This document shows, piece after piece, positions 37,674-49,509 of a stretch of 64,000 nucleotides of DNA; position 1 is the stretch's first letter; each line of letters begins with the position of its first letter. The notes beneath the pieces were generated by a model. The model was given only the letters and a program-made list of their open reading frames with translations, searched no databases and was not told where the DNA came from. The stretch is taken from contig NZ_JAXHOF010000003.1 in NCBI RefSeq assembly GCF_034519685.1, positions 528,967 through 592,966 of the forward strand, written 5' to 3'. This stretch comes from Sphaerotilus sp. GTDB taxonomy: Bacteria; Pseudomonadota; Gammaproteobacteria; Burkholderiales; Burkholderiaceae_C. The translations under genes were made by a program, and so were the position numbers.

Positions 37674-39046
37674 CGTGTCACCCCTTGCGTGTGGCCGGCA
37701 CTGGCCGGCGCGGCAGCGTTCGGGATCGGTTGGCTGTCCGGTTCGGGGACCAGGAACTCGAGCCGCGCCCACAGGCGCGCGGTCTCGAGTTCCACGTCGA
37801 TGCGCTCCATGCGCAGCGCCAGCGCCGTGCGGCGCGCTTCAAGCACCGAGGCGAGCGCCGCGCTGCCGCCGCGGTAGGCGCCCAGCGCGGCGTCGATGCG
37901 CTGCTGCGCCAGCGGCCCGCGCTCGCGGTCGATCAGCGCCAGCCGTGCCAGGCCGGAGCGCCACGCGTCGAGCCAGCCTTCGGTCTGGGCGAGGTGCTCG
38001 CGCGACAGTTCCTCGCGCTCGGCGCGCAACGCCTCGGCTTGCGCGAGCCGGGCGGCGAGCTCGCGATCCTGGCGCTGCGGCCGGTCCCAGGGCAGCGGCA
38101 GCGAGACCGCGAACGACACCATGTTCGAATAGCGCGATCCGCGCTGGCTGAACATCAGCTCGGCGCTCCAGTCCGGCTCGCGCTCGGCGCGGGCGACGGC
38201 AGCCTCCGCCGTCGCCGTGGCCTCGCGTGCAGAGAGCTGCACCAGGGCGGGGTGGTGTTCCAGGCGATCCGCCACGGGATGGGCGACGAAGGCGTGGCGC
38301 TCGAGCGCCGGTGCCTCGGCCAGCGGCTGCTCGTCCGGGCCCCCGGTCCAGCGCGCCAGCATGCGGCGCGTGTTGGCTAGCTCGGCCCGGGCGGCCAGCA
38401 GGGCCTGCTCGAGTTGCGCCAGCGCGTCGCGTGCTGCGATCACGTCGGCGTTGCCGCCGCGCCCGCCGCGCAGTGCGGCCTCGGCGGCCTCGGCCTGCAG
38501 CCGCGCCTCGTCACGCTGGGCGTGCAGCAGCGCCAGGCGCTGCTCGGCCGCGCGGCGTTCGAACCAAGCGGTGGCGACCTCGCGCTGCACTGCGGCGACA
38601 CGCACTCGGCGTTCGGCCTGTGCCGCCTCAGCCTCGCGCACGAACCGTTCGGCGCGCGAGCGGCGCTTGTCCTCGCGCGTGAACATCTGCATCAACGCGA
38701 CCGATCGCATCGTCATGAAGTCGCGCGTGGTGCTGAAACGGTCGGGGCCGTCGATCGGCAGGTTGTCGAGCGAAAGGCGCAGCACCGGGTCAGGGCGCTG
38801 CGCAGCGGCGACCGCCATCTCGCGCGCGGCCCGCGCGGTGGCGTCGGCGGCGGCGGGTGATGCAGCGCGATCGACGGCGGCCCGCACCGCGTCGCGGACC
38901 GACAGCGGCGCGGCGAGCCCCGCTGATGTTTGCGGCTGCGCGCCTGCCGTGATAGCCAACAACGCCGCCGCGAGCAGGGCGCGCGGCGACAACGGGCGGC
39001 TGTAGAGCGGGCGCAGGCACGCCCGCGCACGAGGGGAATGAGGCAT
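37670..39046 (-). CDS. cusC: CusC/TolC-family outer-membrane efflux protein
   Basis: 458 aa from ATG 39046. Signal sequence and two OEP-type repeats. Confidence 0.85.
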   Translation of the reverse strand: MPHSPRARACLRPLYSRPLSPRALLAAALLAITAGAQPQTSAGLAAPLSVRDAVRAAVDRAASPAAADATARAAREMAVAAAQRPDPVLRLSLDNLPIDGPDRFSTTRDFMTMRSVALMQMFTREDKRRSRAERFVREAEAAQAERRVRVAAVQREVATAWFERRAAEQRLALLHAQRDEARLQAEAAEAALRGGRGGNADVIAARDALAQLEQALLAARAELANTRRMLARWTGGPDEQPLAEAPALERHAFVAHPVADRLEHHPALVQLSAREATATAEAAVARAEREPDWSAELMFSQRGSRYSNMVSFAVSLPLPWDRPQRQDRELAARLAQAEALRAEREELSREHLAQTEGWLDAWRSGLARLALIDRERGPLAQQRIDAALGAYRGGSAALASVLEARRTALALRMERIDVELETARLWARLEFLVPEPDSQPIPNAAAPASAGHTQGVTR

Positions 39047-39162
39047 GAACCGAACTCCGGAGCACACGTTGCGGCGAACGAGCGCCGGCAACGCGAAAGG
39101 CTTGATTGACCTGGCGCTGAAGGCGGCAGGTCACGAGCGCGCCAAAGGCGCGCAAACGCGGG

Positions 39163-39519
39163 TCAGTTCCCCGCCGGAGGTCGCCAGGGCGTGGCGGTCG
39201 GCGCCGAGTGGGTCGAGGTGGGGCTTGCCTCCGGCCCGGTGGACGCAGCGGCAGCGACGGCAGTGCTCGGCATGGACACCGGCGAAATGGCCGGCGGCGC
39301 GTTGCAGTCGGTGCCCGACTTGCACAAGTGGCCGGTCGCGGCGTAAGTCTGCAGGTCGTTGCAGCAGTCGGCCAGATCGGTCGGGTCCAGATCGCCTGCA
39401 GTCAGCATGGTCTGCATCGCCGCTTCCATCGGGCAAGGCTGCTTCTCCAGCGCGCGCACGGCCTCACCCTGAAGGGCAAGGCCAAGGCACACCAGGATGA
39501 AGAGGATGCGACGGATCAC
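39163..39519 (-). CDS. small exported Cys-rich protein
   Basis: 118 aa. Signal peptide MIRRILFILVCLGLALQGEA. Motif CCNDLQTYAATGHLCKSGTDC. Confidence 0.5.
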   Translation of the reverse strand: MIRRILFILVCLGLALQGEAVRALEKQPCPMEAAMQTMLTAGDLDPTDLADCCNDLQTYAATGHLCKSGTDCNAPPAISPVSMPSTAVAAAASTGPEASPTSTHSAPTATPWRPPAGN

Positions 39520-39635
39520 AGTCGCAGTTTATCCAAGTCGGGGACGCCCGCCAGACCACCGCGGCCGAGGCCACCGTGACCCAAGCAACGGCGGGAGCCT
39601 GCGCGGCGGGGCCGTCGCCACCGATGGCACACGCT

Positions 39636-41792
<2,157 letters not shown>

Positions 41793-42068
41793 TCAGCGCT
41801 TGACGCTGGACGGGTAGCCCGCGTTCTCGGTGGCCTGGGTCAGCTTCTGCACGCTGGCCTTGGCATCGTCGAAGGTCACGACGGCCTGGCGCTTCTCGTA
41901 GCTCACGTCGACCTTGCTCACGCCGGCGACCTTCGAGATCGCCGTTTTCACGGTGATCGGACAGGCCGCGCAGGTCATGCCGGGCACGTCGAGCGTGACG
42001 GTCTGGGGCGACGCTTGCACGGTGGCGGCGCCGACCGTGAGGATGGCGGTCAGGAACAGCTTCTTCAT
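41793..42068 (-). CDS. merP: periplasmic mercury-binding protein MerP
   Basis: 91 aa. Signal peptide plus GMTCAAC. Confidence 0.9.
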   Translation of the reverse strand: MKKLFLTAILTVGAATVQASPQTVTLDVPGMTCAACPITVKTAISKVAGVSKVDVSYEKRQAVVTFDDAKASVQKLTQATENAGYPSSVKR

Positions 42069-42081
42069 GGGGAACTCCTGG

Positions 42082-42432
42082 TCAATAGAACAACGGAAGA
42101 ACATAGGGAAAGGCGAGCGCGATCAGCACCAGCGCGCCGACGATCCAGAAGACGGCCTTGTAGGTGGACCGTACCTGGGGAATGGCGCACACCTCGCCCG
42201 GCTTGCATTCCTGTGCCGGCCGATAGATGAGTCGCCACGCGAAGAACATCGCGACGAGCGCGGCGCCGATGAAGAACGGGCGATAGGGCTCCAGCGCCGT
42301 GAGGTTGCCGATCCAGGCGCCGCTGAAGCCCAGCGTCACCAGCACCAGCGGCCCCAGGCAGCAGGTAGATGCCAGGATCGCGGCCAGTCCGCCGGTGAAG
42401 AGGGCACCGCGCCCGGTTTGTGTTTCGGTCAT
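42082..42432 (-). CDS. merT: mercury transporter MerT
   Basis: 116 aa. TM1 with the CC pair ([14 protein letters not shown]). Confidence 0.9.
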   Translation of the reverse strand: MTETQTGRGALFTGGLAAILASTCCLGPLVLVTLGFSGAWIGNLTALEPYRPFFIGAALVAMFFAWRLIYRPAQECKPGEVCAIPQVRSTYKAVFWIVGALVLIALAFPYVLPLFY

Positions 42433-42468
42433 TCGTTTTTCCTCGGCAAATCTGGAGACCATGGCGTA

Positions 42469-42499
42469 AGCTTATTGCCGTACTCATGTACGGAGTCAA
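42469..42499 (-). promoter_or_regulatory. mer operator/promoter (PmerT with MerR dyad)
   Basis: On the minus strand: TTGACT (42494-42499), dyad TCCGTACATGAGTACGGC (42477-42494), TAAGCT (42469-42474). The -35/-10 spacer is 19 bp, as in classical mer promoters. Confidence 0.8.
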
Positions 42500-42504
42500 G
42501 CGGC

Positions 42505-42924
42505 ATGGAGAGCGATCAGAACGGACTGATGAACGGCATCACCATCGGGGGCGTCGCCAAGGCGGCCGGGGTCAACGTGGAGACGGTGCGCTTCTACCAG
42601 CGCCGGGCTCTCCTGCCCGAGCCGGACAGGCCTTATGGCCGCATTCGGCGCTATGGGACCGAGGACGTCGCGCGCGTGAAGTTCGTGAAGGCCGCGCAGC
42701 GCCTGGGCTTCAGCCTCGACGAGGTGGCAGGCCTGCTGACGCTCGATGACGGCACGCACTGCGACGAAGCGCGCCAGCTTGCCGAGATCAAGCTGGCGGA
42801 CGTGCGCAAGAAGCTGAAGGATCTGCGGCGCATCGAGTCGGTGCTGGCCTCCCTCGTGCGCGACTGCTGCACAAGCCGTGGCACCGTGTCGTGCCCGTTG
42901 ATCGCTACCTTGCAGAAGCAGTGA
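42505..42924 (+). CDS. merR: Hg(II)-responsive regulator MerR
   Basis: 139 aa. [22 protein letters not shown]. Cys residues at ...THCDEA... and ...GTVSCPLI.... Confidence 0.9.
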   Translation: MESDQNGLMNGITIGGVAKAAGVNVETVRFYQRRALLPEPDRPYGRIRRYGTEDVARVKFVKAAQRLGFSLDEVAGLLTLDDGTHCDEARQLAEIKLADVRKKLKDLRRIESVLASLVRDCCTSRGTVSCPLIATLQKQ

Positions 42925-44209
42925 ATCGCTCGGCGATTCGGTTCGTTGTTGACACGGCGAAATCGACATGCGGCTGATCAACACCGTCGCGCTGCAGCAC
43001 ACCCTCGGCAATCGCCTCCGGCGATTGGCTGCGCATGCTGGCCAGACAGGCGATCAGGGGTTCTGCCCGCACGTCCGCGACCTCCGCCCATCGGCTCACC
43101 TTGTCAGCAAGCTCACGCAGTTGGGAGATGCCCGCCGCCCGTGTGCGCACCACCGGCACGATGCGCCCCTCCAGCTTCACCTCTGCGGCTTCCGCCAACG
43201 CCGCCTGCAGCGCGGCGCGGTCCACAGCCGATTGATCTTCCTCGGCCACCGTCCACCGCACCCGCACGCTGGCACCGGCCAGTCCCTGCGCGCGCACCGC
43301 ATCGCGCAACGCATTCACGTCAGGCCGGCCCTCGAACACGATGTCCACGGTGCGCCGCGCCGGCGTCTGCACCAGGTGGCAGCGCGCCGAGTTGGCTTCC
43401 ACCTCCCACAGCAGAAACCCCTTCGCACCCTCCTCGCCGAAGTGGAACCGCCCGATCGAGCCGGGGTAGGCGATGCACTGGCGGCCCACAGCGCTTTCGC
43501 GCGTCCACGCCTGGTGCTTGTGGATGTGGCCGAGCATGAAAGCCTGGGCCTCGGCATCGAATAGCGCACCACTGGTGAACTCGTGGTCGAAGCCAGCCAT
43601 AGGCACGCCGTGCTCGCTGAGGCTTCCGAACACCGTGCCGTGGGATACGCCAATGGTTGGCGCGCCGCCTGCACGCGCTGATCGATGCATGGGCGCAAAG
43701 CCCCGCAGCAAGGCGGTCAGTTGCTCGCCGACCTCTGCCGCCGCCGCTACGCCGCCCACGACCGCCGCAACCGTCGCCTTGTTGACCGTGGGTATGCAGG
43801 AGAACAAGGCTGCCGTTCGATCCGGCAAGGCGTCGAAACACCAGCCTGCCGACGGCAGCCACTGCCCTTGCGTGCTCAACGCCACCTGCTCGATGCGCTC
43901 GGCGACGTAGATCGCATGCCGGGCACCCAGCAGCCGGAAAGCACCCAATGTCCCCGGCGGCTCGTGCGAGAAGGTGCCCTGCAGCATCAGCACCGGGCAG
44001 TGGTCGGCCAGCCTGCGCACCTGCGCCAGCAGCCGCAGCGCCGCCGGCGCGTGCAGGTCCAGCGCGTGATCGGTGCTGTCGCCGGAGATCACGGCCACTT
44101 CGACGCCCGCGCCGATGGCGTGGTCGATGGCTGCGCCGAAGCACCTGTCCGCCTCGGCCAGCGTCTTGTGCCCATAGTGCAGATCGGAGAAGTGCGCCAC
44201 GCGGATCAT
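42905..44209 (-). CDS. Mre11/SbcD-like metallophosphoesterase nuclease
   Basis: 434 aa. Motifs HFSDLH, GDSTDH, GTFSHE, VSHG, GHIH in calcineurin-like order. The 3' end overlaps merR by 20 nt. Confidence 0.8.
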   Translation of the reverse strand: MIRVAHFSDLHYGHKTLAEADRCFGAAIDHAIGAGVEVAVISGDSTDHALDLHAPAALRLLAQVRRLADHCPVLMLQGTFSHEPPGTLGAFRLLGARHAIYVAERIEQVALSTQGQWLPSAGWCFDALPDRTAALFSCIPTVNKATVAAVVGGVAAAAEVGEQLTALLRGFAPMHRSARAGGAPTIGVSHGTVFGSLSEHGVPMAGFDHEFTSGALFDAEAQAFMLGHIHKHQAWTRESAVGRQCIAYPGSIGRFHFGEEGAKGFLLWEVEANSARCHLVQTPARRTVDIVFEGRPDVNALRDAVRAQGLAGASVRVRWTVAEEDQSAVDRAALQAALAEAAEVKLEGRIVPVVRTRAAGISQLRELADKVSRWAEVADVRAEPLIACLASMRSQSPEAIAEGVLQRDGVDQPHVDFAVSTTNRIAERFTASAR

Positions 44210-45489
44210 GCCGCGCTCCCGTCGGCCAATGCCAGCTCGCTCTCGATCTTGTCGCGGTAGCCCTCGGGATCGTGGCGGTAACGCTCGGCCATCTCGTTCC
44301 AGGCCTGGCGGCGGCCGTGCCGGTTGAGCTTCCAGCCCGCGCCCCAGCGCCGGGCGGCATACGCCTGGTAGCGCACGGGATCGATGCCGCGGGCCTCGGC
44401 CTGGGCGAGCAGTTGCTGGAGCGATGGCGCGCCATCGTCGGGCGCGGGCTCAGGCCCCGGCAGCCCGCCAGTTGCAGGCGCCGAAGCGGCGACCGACCCG
44501 GGCGCTTCACCGCCCAGCAGCTGCGTCGCCAATTGGGCCTGCCGGAGCGCAGCGTCTTCGTCCTCGCGCTCCCGGAGCAAGGCCGTCACGTCCACCGGCG
44601 CTTCGAGTTCGATGATCCATTGCGGCATGCGCACCGGCTTGCCCTGTTCGTCGATGTGCGCCACCTCCATCAGCTTCTTGGTCAGGAAGAACGTCGCATG
44701 CTGCCGATCCAGGAAGCCCGAGATGCGCCCACCGCGAAGGAAGCTCACGGTCTCGAACTTCTGGATCGCGCCGTTCATTGCGTAGAAGCTGTTGGTGTGC
44801 AGTTCGAAGGCGCTGATCGAGCGGATGCCCGGGATGAAGAACAGGAAGCGCCCGCTGAGATTGCACTGTCGGTGCTGGTATTCGGGGCAGCGCTCGGGCT
44901 CGCACAGGCCGCCGTTGGTCTCGCGTGCCATGGTCTTGCGTCCGCCGAAGATGCGGATCGTGCGCCGGCCGGTATCGTCCATGGGAACCGGCGCGTGGGT
45001 CATGCAGTGGCGCACACGGCCATCGGGCGAGTATTCGGACCAGTAGCGCTTCTCGTGCGTGCTCCATGCGGCGAGTTCGTGCGGCATCACGGTCTGCCAG
45101 CGGTCGGACGGGAACACCACCGGAAAGCGGTACAGCCGGCGCCCCTCGCCACGATCCTCGGCGTAGGCGTCGAGAATCTGCCGGGCGATGGCCGGGTTCG
45201 GAAAGTCCTGCGGCCGCACGGTGAACCAGGCCACGTTGCGCGGTGCGAGCGGGTTCTTCAGTTGCGGCAGCGCCTCGGTGATGGCGTGCTCGATCTGATC
45301 GAAGGACTGACCGGCGGCCACGCCCTGCTCGTAGAGCGATTGGGCTCGCGGCTGCGCGGCGGCCTTGGCGGTGAGCACCTTGATACCGGCGCGGATCTTG
45401 CCGCCGATGGGGATGCGTGCGTGCGCCTGGCCGAGCACCGTGGGCGGGCCGGCGCTGGCGCTGTCGTTGATGATGGTGGGAACAGGCAT
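44206..45489 (-). CDS. hypothetical protein with Cys cluster, coupled to the SbcD-like gene
   Basis: 427 aa from ATG 45489 (GGAG 8 nt upstream). Motif GGLCEPERCPEYQHRQC. The stop overlaps the SbcD-like start (ATGA). Confidence 0.6.
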   Translation of the reverse strand: MPVPTIINDSASAGPPTVLGQAHARIPIGGKIRAGIKVLTAKAAAQPRAQSLYEQGVAAGQSFDQIEHAITEALPQLKNPLAPRNVAWFTVRPQDFPNPAIARQILDAYAEDRGEGRRLYRFPVVFPSDRWQTVMPHELAAWSTHEKRYWSEYSPDGRVRHCMTHAPVPMDDTGRRTIRIFGGRKTMARETNGGLCEPERCPEYQHRQCNLSGRFLFFIPGIRSISAFELHTNSFYAMNGAIQKFETVSFLRGGRISGFLDRQHATFFLTKKLMEVAHIDEQGKPVRMPQWIIELEAPVDVTALLREREDEDAALRQAQLATQLLGGEAPGSVAASAPATGGLPGPEPAPDDGAPSLQQLLAQAEARGIDPVRYQAYAARRWGAGWKLNRHGRRQAWNEMAERYRHDPEGYRDKIESELALADGSAA

Positions 45490-45757
45490 GGAGTCGCTCC
45501 GTTGGAGAGGTCCATCCATGCTCCACCAGGCTTTTCCCCGTGCAACCCCGAGGCCCCGACACCAGACGCCGGCCAACGCGCACGCACGGCGCGATTCCTG
45601 ACCGCTCAAATCCCGCGGGCCTGGCGTGCACCACCTGGATGGCGCGGCGCCACCGGATCAGGTACCGGCCTCGTTGCAGGCGGCAGCCTGACGCTCACTG
45701 ACGCCGTGCCCACGTGGGAAGCTGCGCCACCTCGGTGGCCCCCGGTCGCTTCGAGCC

Positions 45758-46906
45758 TCAGGGCACGTCCGCCAGCAACCCCCGCTGCTCCATCAGCTCG
45801 GCGAGCACGGCCTCCTCGATCGCGTACACACCGCGTGCGGCCCGCCACACCAGCGCCTTCTCCTGCAGCGCAAGGAGCGCCTGCTGCACTGCCGGAACAT
45901 CCGCCCTCGCCTCGCCCGCGGGGTTGGCCGCCTGCAGCACGGCTTGATAGGCCTGCAAGGTGGCACCCTCAAACGGCGCGTAGTCGGCACCGCGGCGTGC
46001 CAGCACCTTCAGCACCGCCGCCTGCAGCGGTGTCAGGCTGTGCACGACACGAAGCAGTTCATCGTTGCTGGCATCGATTTGTTCCTGCACCGCCGCCGCG
46101 AAACGCCCCGGCACATCCTGAGGTGCCAGGCCGAACTCGAAGCGCAATGCGTCGGCCGCGGCACCCAGCAGTTCGGGCCGGAAGGCCGCGTGCGTGAACA
46201 GTTCCTGCACCACCATCGGATCCAGCGGCGCAGCCAGGCCCACGCGCTCGCAGAACCAGGCCACGTAGTCCGGCCCCAGCGGCGGGAAGTTGACCAGCGG
46301 TGCACCGTAGAAAGCCTGGTCGCGGCTGTTGCGCAGCATCGCGAGCTTGTCGCGGTTGGAGCCGGTGGCGACCACGCGCAGGCCCCTGTGGCGGCTGCTG
46401 TTGAGCTCGTCGCGCGCGGCCTTGAGGGCGAACAAGGCGTCGTTGCCACGCTCGCTGGTGATGGCGTGCTGCGCTTCGTCGACGATCAACACGATGACCT
46501 GATTCGTCTCGTCCGACAGTGCGGCAAGTGCCGCCGACAGCGACACCCCCTCGCCCAGCCCGACGCGGTCGAGCGAGAACGCCACGCCACCGACGGTCAC
46601 CTTTTCCATGCCGGCGGAGCGGGCCAGGCGCTTGACCACGCCGTCGTGTCGCGACAACTCGGCCCGAACCGCATGCACGATCACATCGCCGGGGTCGGCG
46701 CGCCGGTCTTCCCACAGGTCGACGTAGACCACCAGCGCGCCTTGCTTCTCAAGTTGCGGCCGCAGGTCTTCGCGCAGGAAGGTGGATTTGCCGGTGCGCC
46801 TGGGTGCCGCCAGGAACAGGCCCGATCCCGACGCCGAGGTCGGCGCCACGAAAAGCACCTTGTTGGCCAGGTCGGCGGCGAGCGCTTCGCGATGGAACAC
46901 GTCCAT
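45758..46906 (-). CDS. AAA-type ATPase (archaeal-ATPase/DUF234-like architecture)
   Basis: 382 aa. Walker A APRRTGKST, Walker B VLIVDEAQH. The C-terminal third looks like a winged helix. Confidence 0.7.
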   Translation of the reverse strand: MDVFHREALAADLANKVLFVAPTSASGSGLFLAAPRRTGKSTFLREDLRPQLEKQGALVVYVDLWEDRRADPGDVIVHAVRAELSRHDGVVKRLARSAGMEKVTVGGVAFSLDRVGLGEGVSLSAALAALSDETNQVIVLIVDEAQHAITSERGNDALFALKAARDELNSSRHRGLRVVATGSNRDKLAMLRNSRDQAFYGAPLVNFPPLGPDYVAWFCERVGLAAPLDPMVVQELFTHAAFRPELLGAAADALRFEFGLAPQDVPGRFAAAVQEQIDASNDELLRVVHSLTPLQAAVLKVLARRGADYAPFEGATLQAYQAVLQAANPAGEARADVPAVQQALLALQEKALVWRAARGVYAIEEAVLAELMEQRGLLADVP

Positions 46907-46968
46907 GACCGCTCCTCGGCAAGTGTTGAATTACAGTCAATTATAGACAACTATAGAAAGCGAGACTC

Positions 46969-47979
46969 TCATGGCAGCAGCCAGGCCATCCAGGGCCAGA
47001 TCGGCTGCCCCTTGCGGTCTGGCTGTTGCACCACCAGCGCCTTCGAGAGCGTGTCGTCGATCGTCGCCTGCAAGCACTCCAGCTGATCGACCAGGTCGCT
47101 CCGGGCGTTGAACTCGCGCTCCCAACACAGTTCCTCACGGCAAGCCAGCACCGCGGCCCGCTCGGCCAGTACTTTCGAGTGCTGGAACAGCCAGCGCACG
47201 AAGGCGACGAAGTCCGGCCGACGCGACCACAGCGCGCCGTAGGACGAGACATAGTCACGCGCGGTCTCCGGCTCGGCCAGGTTGCTGCCATGCCAGATTG
47301 CCAGCGGCATGGGCTCGGCCGTGCCGCACAACACCTCGGCAATGTAGGCATTCGCGAAGAAGCCTCGGCGCAACGCTGTCGCGGCCTGCACCCATTCACC
47401 GGCCTGCAGGTGCAGCAGCGCCAGTTCATAGTGGTAAGGCGGGTAGTTGCCGCACTCGGCCTCGATCACCGCCTTGGCACGTTCCGCTTCACCACAGCGA
47501 ATCAGCTCCGAACCCAGCAGGAAGCGAACGCCCTGGTTGTCGTTCGGGTTGAACGCGAGCATCCGGTCGATGAGCGCCGCCGCATCCTTGTGCCGGTGCA
47601 GCCGCAGGGTGCCCAGCACCGCACCGTGCATGGCCCGCAGGTAGGGGCGGTTGTCCAGGTGGCCCCACGCGATGCGCCCGCCAAAGCCCTCCGGGATCAG
47701 CCGGTTGGCGCGAGCCAGGCCTGCCAGGCTCGCGTCCAGCGCCTTCTTTGGTTTGCCTTGCTCGATCCACGCGTACGCGAGATGGGCGTGCGCGTCGATG
47801 AAATCGGGGGCCTCCTCGATCAGCCTCTGCAGGCCCGACACGTAGGCTGCCTCGCTCGACACGCGCCGTTCGCGTTCGTCGAGCAGCATGTCCAACGCCG
47901 CGACCAGCCCGTCGAACGGATCGTCCGGGAAAACAAAGACGCCGGTACCGGCATCCAGAGATTCGAATCTGGCAGACAT
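46969..47979 (-). CDS. TPR-repeat protein
   Basis: 336 aa. Repeated A/L/Y-rich helical hairpins (AHAHLAYAWIEQGKPKKAL..., YHYELALLHLQAGEWVQA...). SD GAGGAA upstream. Confidence 0.65.
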   Translation of the reverse strand: MSARFESLDAGTGVFVFPDDPFDGLVAALDMLLDERERRVSSEAAYVSGLQRLIEEAPDFIDAHAHLAYAWIEQGKPKKALDASLAGLARANRLIPEGFGGRIAWGHLDNRPYLRAMHGAVLGTLRLHRHKDAAALIDRMLAFNPNDNQGVRFLLGSELIRCGEAERAKAVIEAECGNYPPYHYELALLHLQAGEWVQAATALRRGFFANAYIAEVLCGTAEPMPLAIWHGSNLAEPETARDYVSSYGALWSRRPDFVAFVRWLFQHSKVLAERAAVLACREELCWEREFNARSDLVDQLECLQATIDDTLSKALVVQQPDRKGQPIWPWMAWLLP

Positions 47980-48146
47980 CTATTTCCTCAGTTTCTTCGA
48001 AGCGGCGCAGCAGCGGGTGGTCGCCGGCCCACCGGCAATGCCTGTGACCGCGACGCCAGTCGGCAACGAGCGCGGTCTGCGTCAACGCCATTGTGGGCGA
48101 CGGATCGCCAGCCACCCGGCCTGCGCCGGCAGGCCATGGCGCGCAG

Positions 48147-48689
48147 TCACCGCAGTCGCCACACCTCGCCATACACCGGCCCGGCAGACCACTCCTGCGC
48201 TTTCGAAGGTGCAGGCCTGCGGGCCGCGTGCCAGCGCCGCACTTGCATCCAACCCGCATGGGCGACCACGACGCACGGCGAAGTCGTTTCCCAAACGGCA
48301 ACGCGCTCGAACATCGCTTGCAGGCACTCGCCGCCACCGGGCGCCGTGCGCGCAAAGTCCGCGCACCAGGCATCGACTTCCGGCTTTGAGATGGAGTGCC
48401 AGGGCCGCCCGTCCCAAACACCGAAGTCCATTTCCAACAACCGGCTGTCGATGCAGTGCCGCCATCCCCAGCGCCGCAGCCAACGCCCCACGTCGGCACA
48501 GCGCCGCAATGGCGACGTGTGCACCACGCGGGGCAGACCGTGGCGGCTTGCCGCCGCCTGGATGCGTCGAGCAAGGCGCTTGGCTCGACGGGGATCGACG
48601 GGCAGATCGGTGCGGCCGACGCAGCGTCCCTGCGCTCCTTCGGGTCGAGGATGGCGCCAGGCCCAGATCAGCGGCGCACTCTCAACCAC
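48147..48689 (-). CDS. cobC: histidine-phosphatase family protein (alpha-ribazole phosphatase CobC-like)
   Basis: WRHPRPEGAQGRCVGRTDLPV is the RHG-type motif. A GTG start at 48689 overlaps the cobS stop; an alternative ATG lies at 48713. Confidence 0.6.
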   Translation of the reverse strand: MVESAPLIWAWRHPRPEGAQGRCVGRTDLPVDPRRAKRLARRIQAAASRHGLPRVVHTSPLRRCADVGRWLRRWGWRHCIDSRLLEMDFGVWDGRPWHSISKPEVDAWCADFARTAPGGGECLQAMFERVAVWETTSPCVVVAHAGWMQVRRWHAARRPAPSKAQEWSAGPVYGEVWRLR

Positions 48690-49509
48690 CGGCCAACACC
48701 AGCAGCACGGCAATCTCGCTCAACTGCTCGGCCGCCCCCAGCGTGTCGCCGGTGTAGCCACCCAGGCGGCGAGCGAGCCACCGGCGCAGCAGACGCACGA
48801 CGATCACGCAGCTCAGCGCCGCAAGCGGCCAACGAAATACCCATCCCGGGTCACCTGCGCCGGTCAGCTGGCCCGCAGCCATCAGAGCCGCAATCAGCAG
48901 CAGCGCCCACCCCATCGCGGCGACCACGCTGCCTCGCGGGACTGCAGTGGCCAGAGCTTTGGCCTTCGCATGCTCAGCGTCGCCGGCATAGGGTAGCCGT
49001 GCCATTAACCCAACGGCTGCGGCGCGACCCAACGCATGCGACCCGATCATCACGAGGCATGCGTGCAAGGGATCGCGCTGCGCCAGCGATGCCAGCAGCA
49101 TGACGCGCAGGCCCAAGCCAAAGACCAGCGCCACCGCCCCGTAGGTGCCGATGCGCGAGTCCTTCATGATGACCAATGCACGCTCGCGAGGCACGTTCCC
49201 GCCCAGCGCGTCGAAGGTGTCGGCCAGGCCGTCCTCGTGGAATGCCCCCGTGACCCACGCCGTGGCCGCCACGGCGAGCGAGGCAGCGACGAGCGGTGGC
49301 CACCACAGGCTGGCGAGCGCGAGCATGGCTGCGCCGCAGGCTCCGACCAGCACGCCCACCAGCGGAAAGTAGCGCACGCAGGCGTTCAGCCAGCGCGGAT
49401 CGAACCCGTCGTCCTGGCTGACCCAGGCGGGTATGGGCAGCCGGGTCAGGAACTGCAAGGCGACGAGGAACAACCGCAGTTCGTGGACCACGAAGCACCA
49501 CGCCGTCAT
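48682..49509 (-). CDS. cobS: adenosylcobinamide-GDP ribazoletransferase CobS
   Basis: 275 aa from ATG 49509. LQFLTRLPIP...FHEDGLADTFDALGG signature. ATGA overlap with cobT. Confidence 0.85.
   Translation of the reverse strand: MTAWCFVVHELRLFLVALQFLTRLPIPAWVSQDDGFDPRWLNACVRYFPLVGVLVGACGAAMLALASLWWPPLVAASLAVAATAWVTGAFHEDGLADTFDALGGNVPRERALVIMKDSRIGTYGAVALVFGLGLRVMLLASLAQRDPLHACLVMIGSHALGRAAAVGLMARLPYAGDAEHAKAKALATAVPRGSVVAAMGWALLLIAALMAAGQLTGAGDPGWVFRWPLAALSCVIVVRLLRRWLARRLGGYTGDTLGAAEQLSEIAVLLVLAGG

Noticed and set aside
42940-42964. TGTCGATTTCGCCGTGTCAACAACG (minus strand) resembles the first 10 nt of Tn402/Tn5053-type inverted repeats (TGTCGTTTTC...), next to merR.
   Set aside because: Similarity stops after 10 nt. 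No inverted partner was found near the other border (20023-20202). It lies inside the SbcD-like reading frame. It is probably coincidence.
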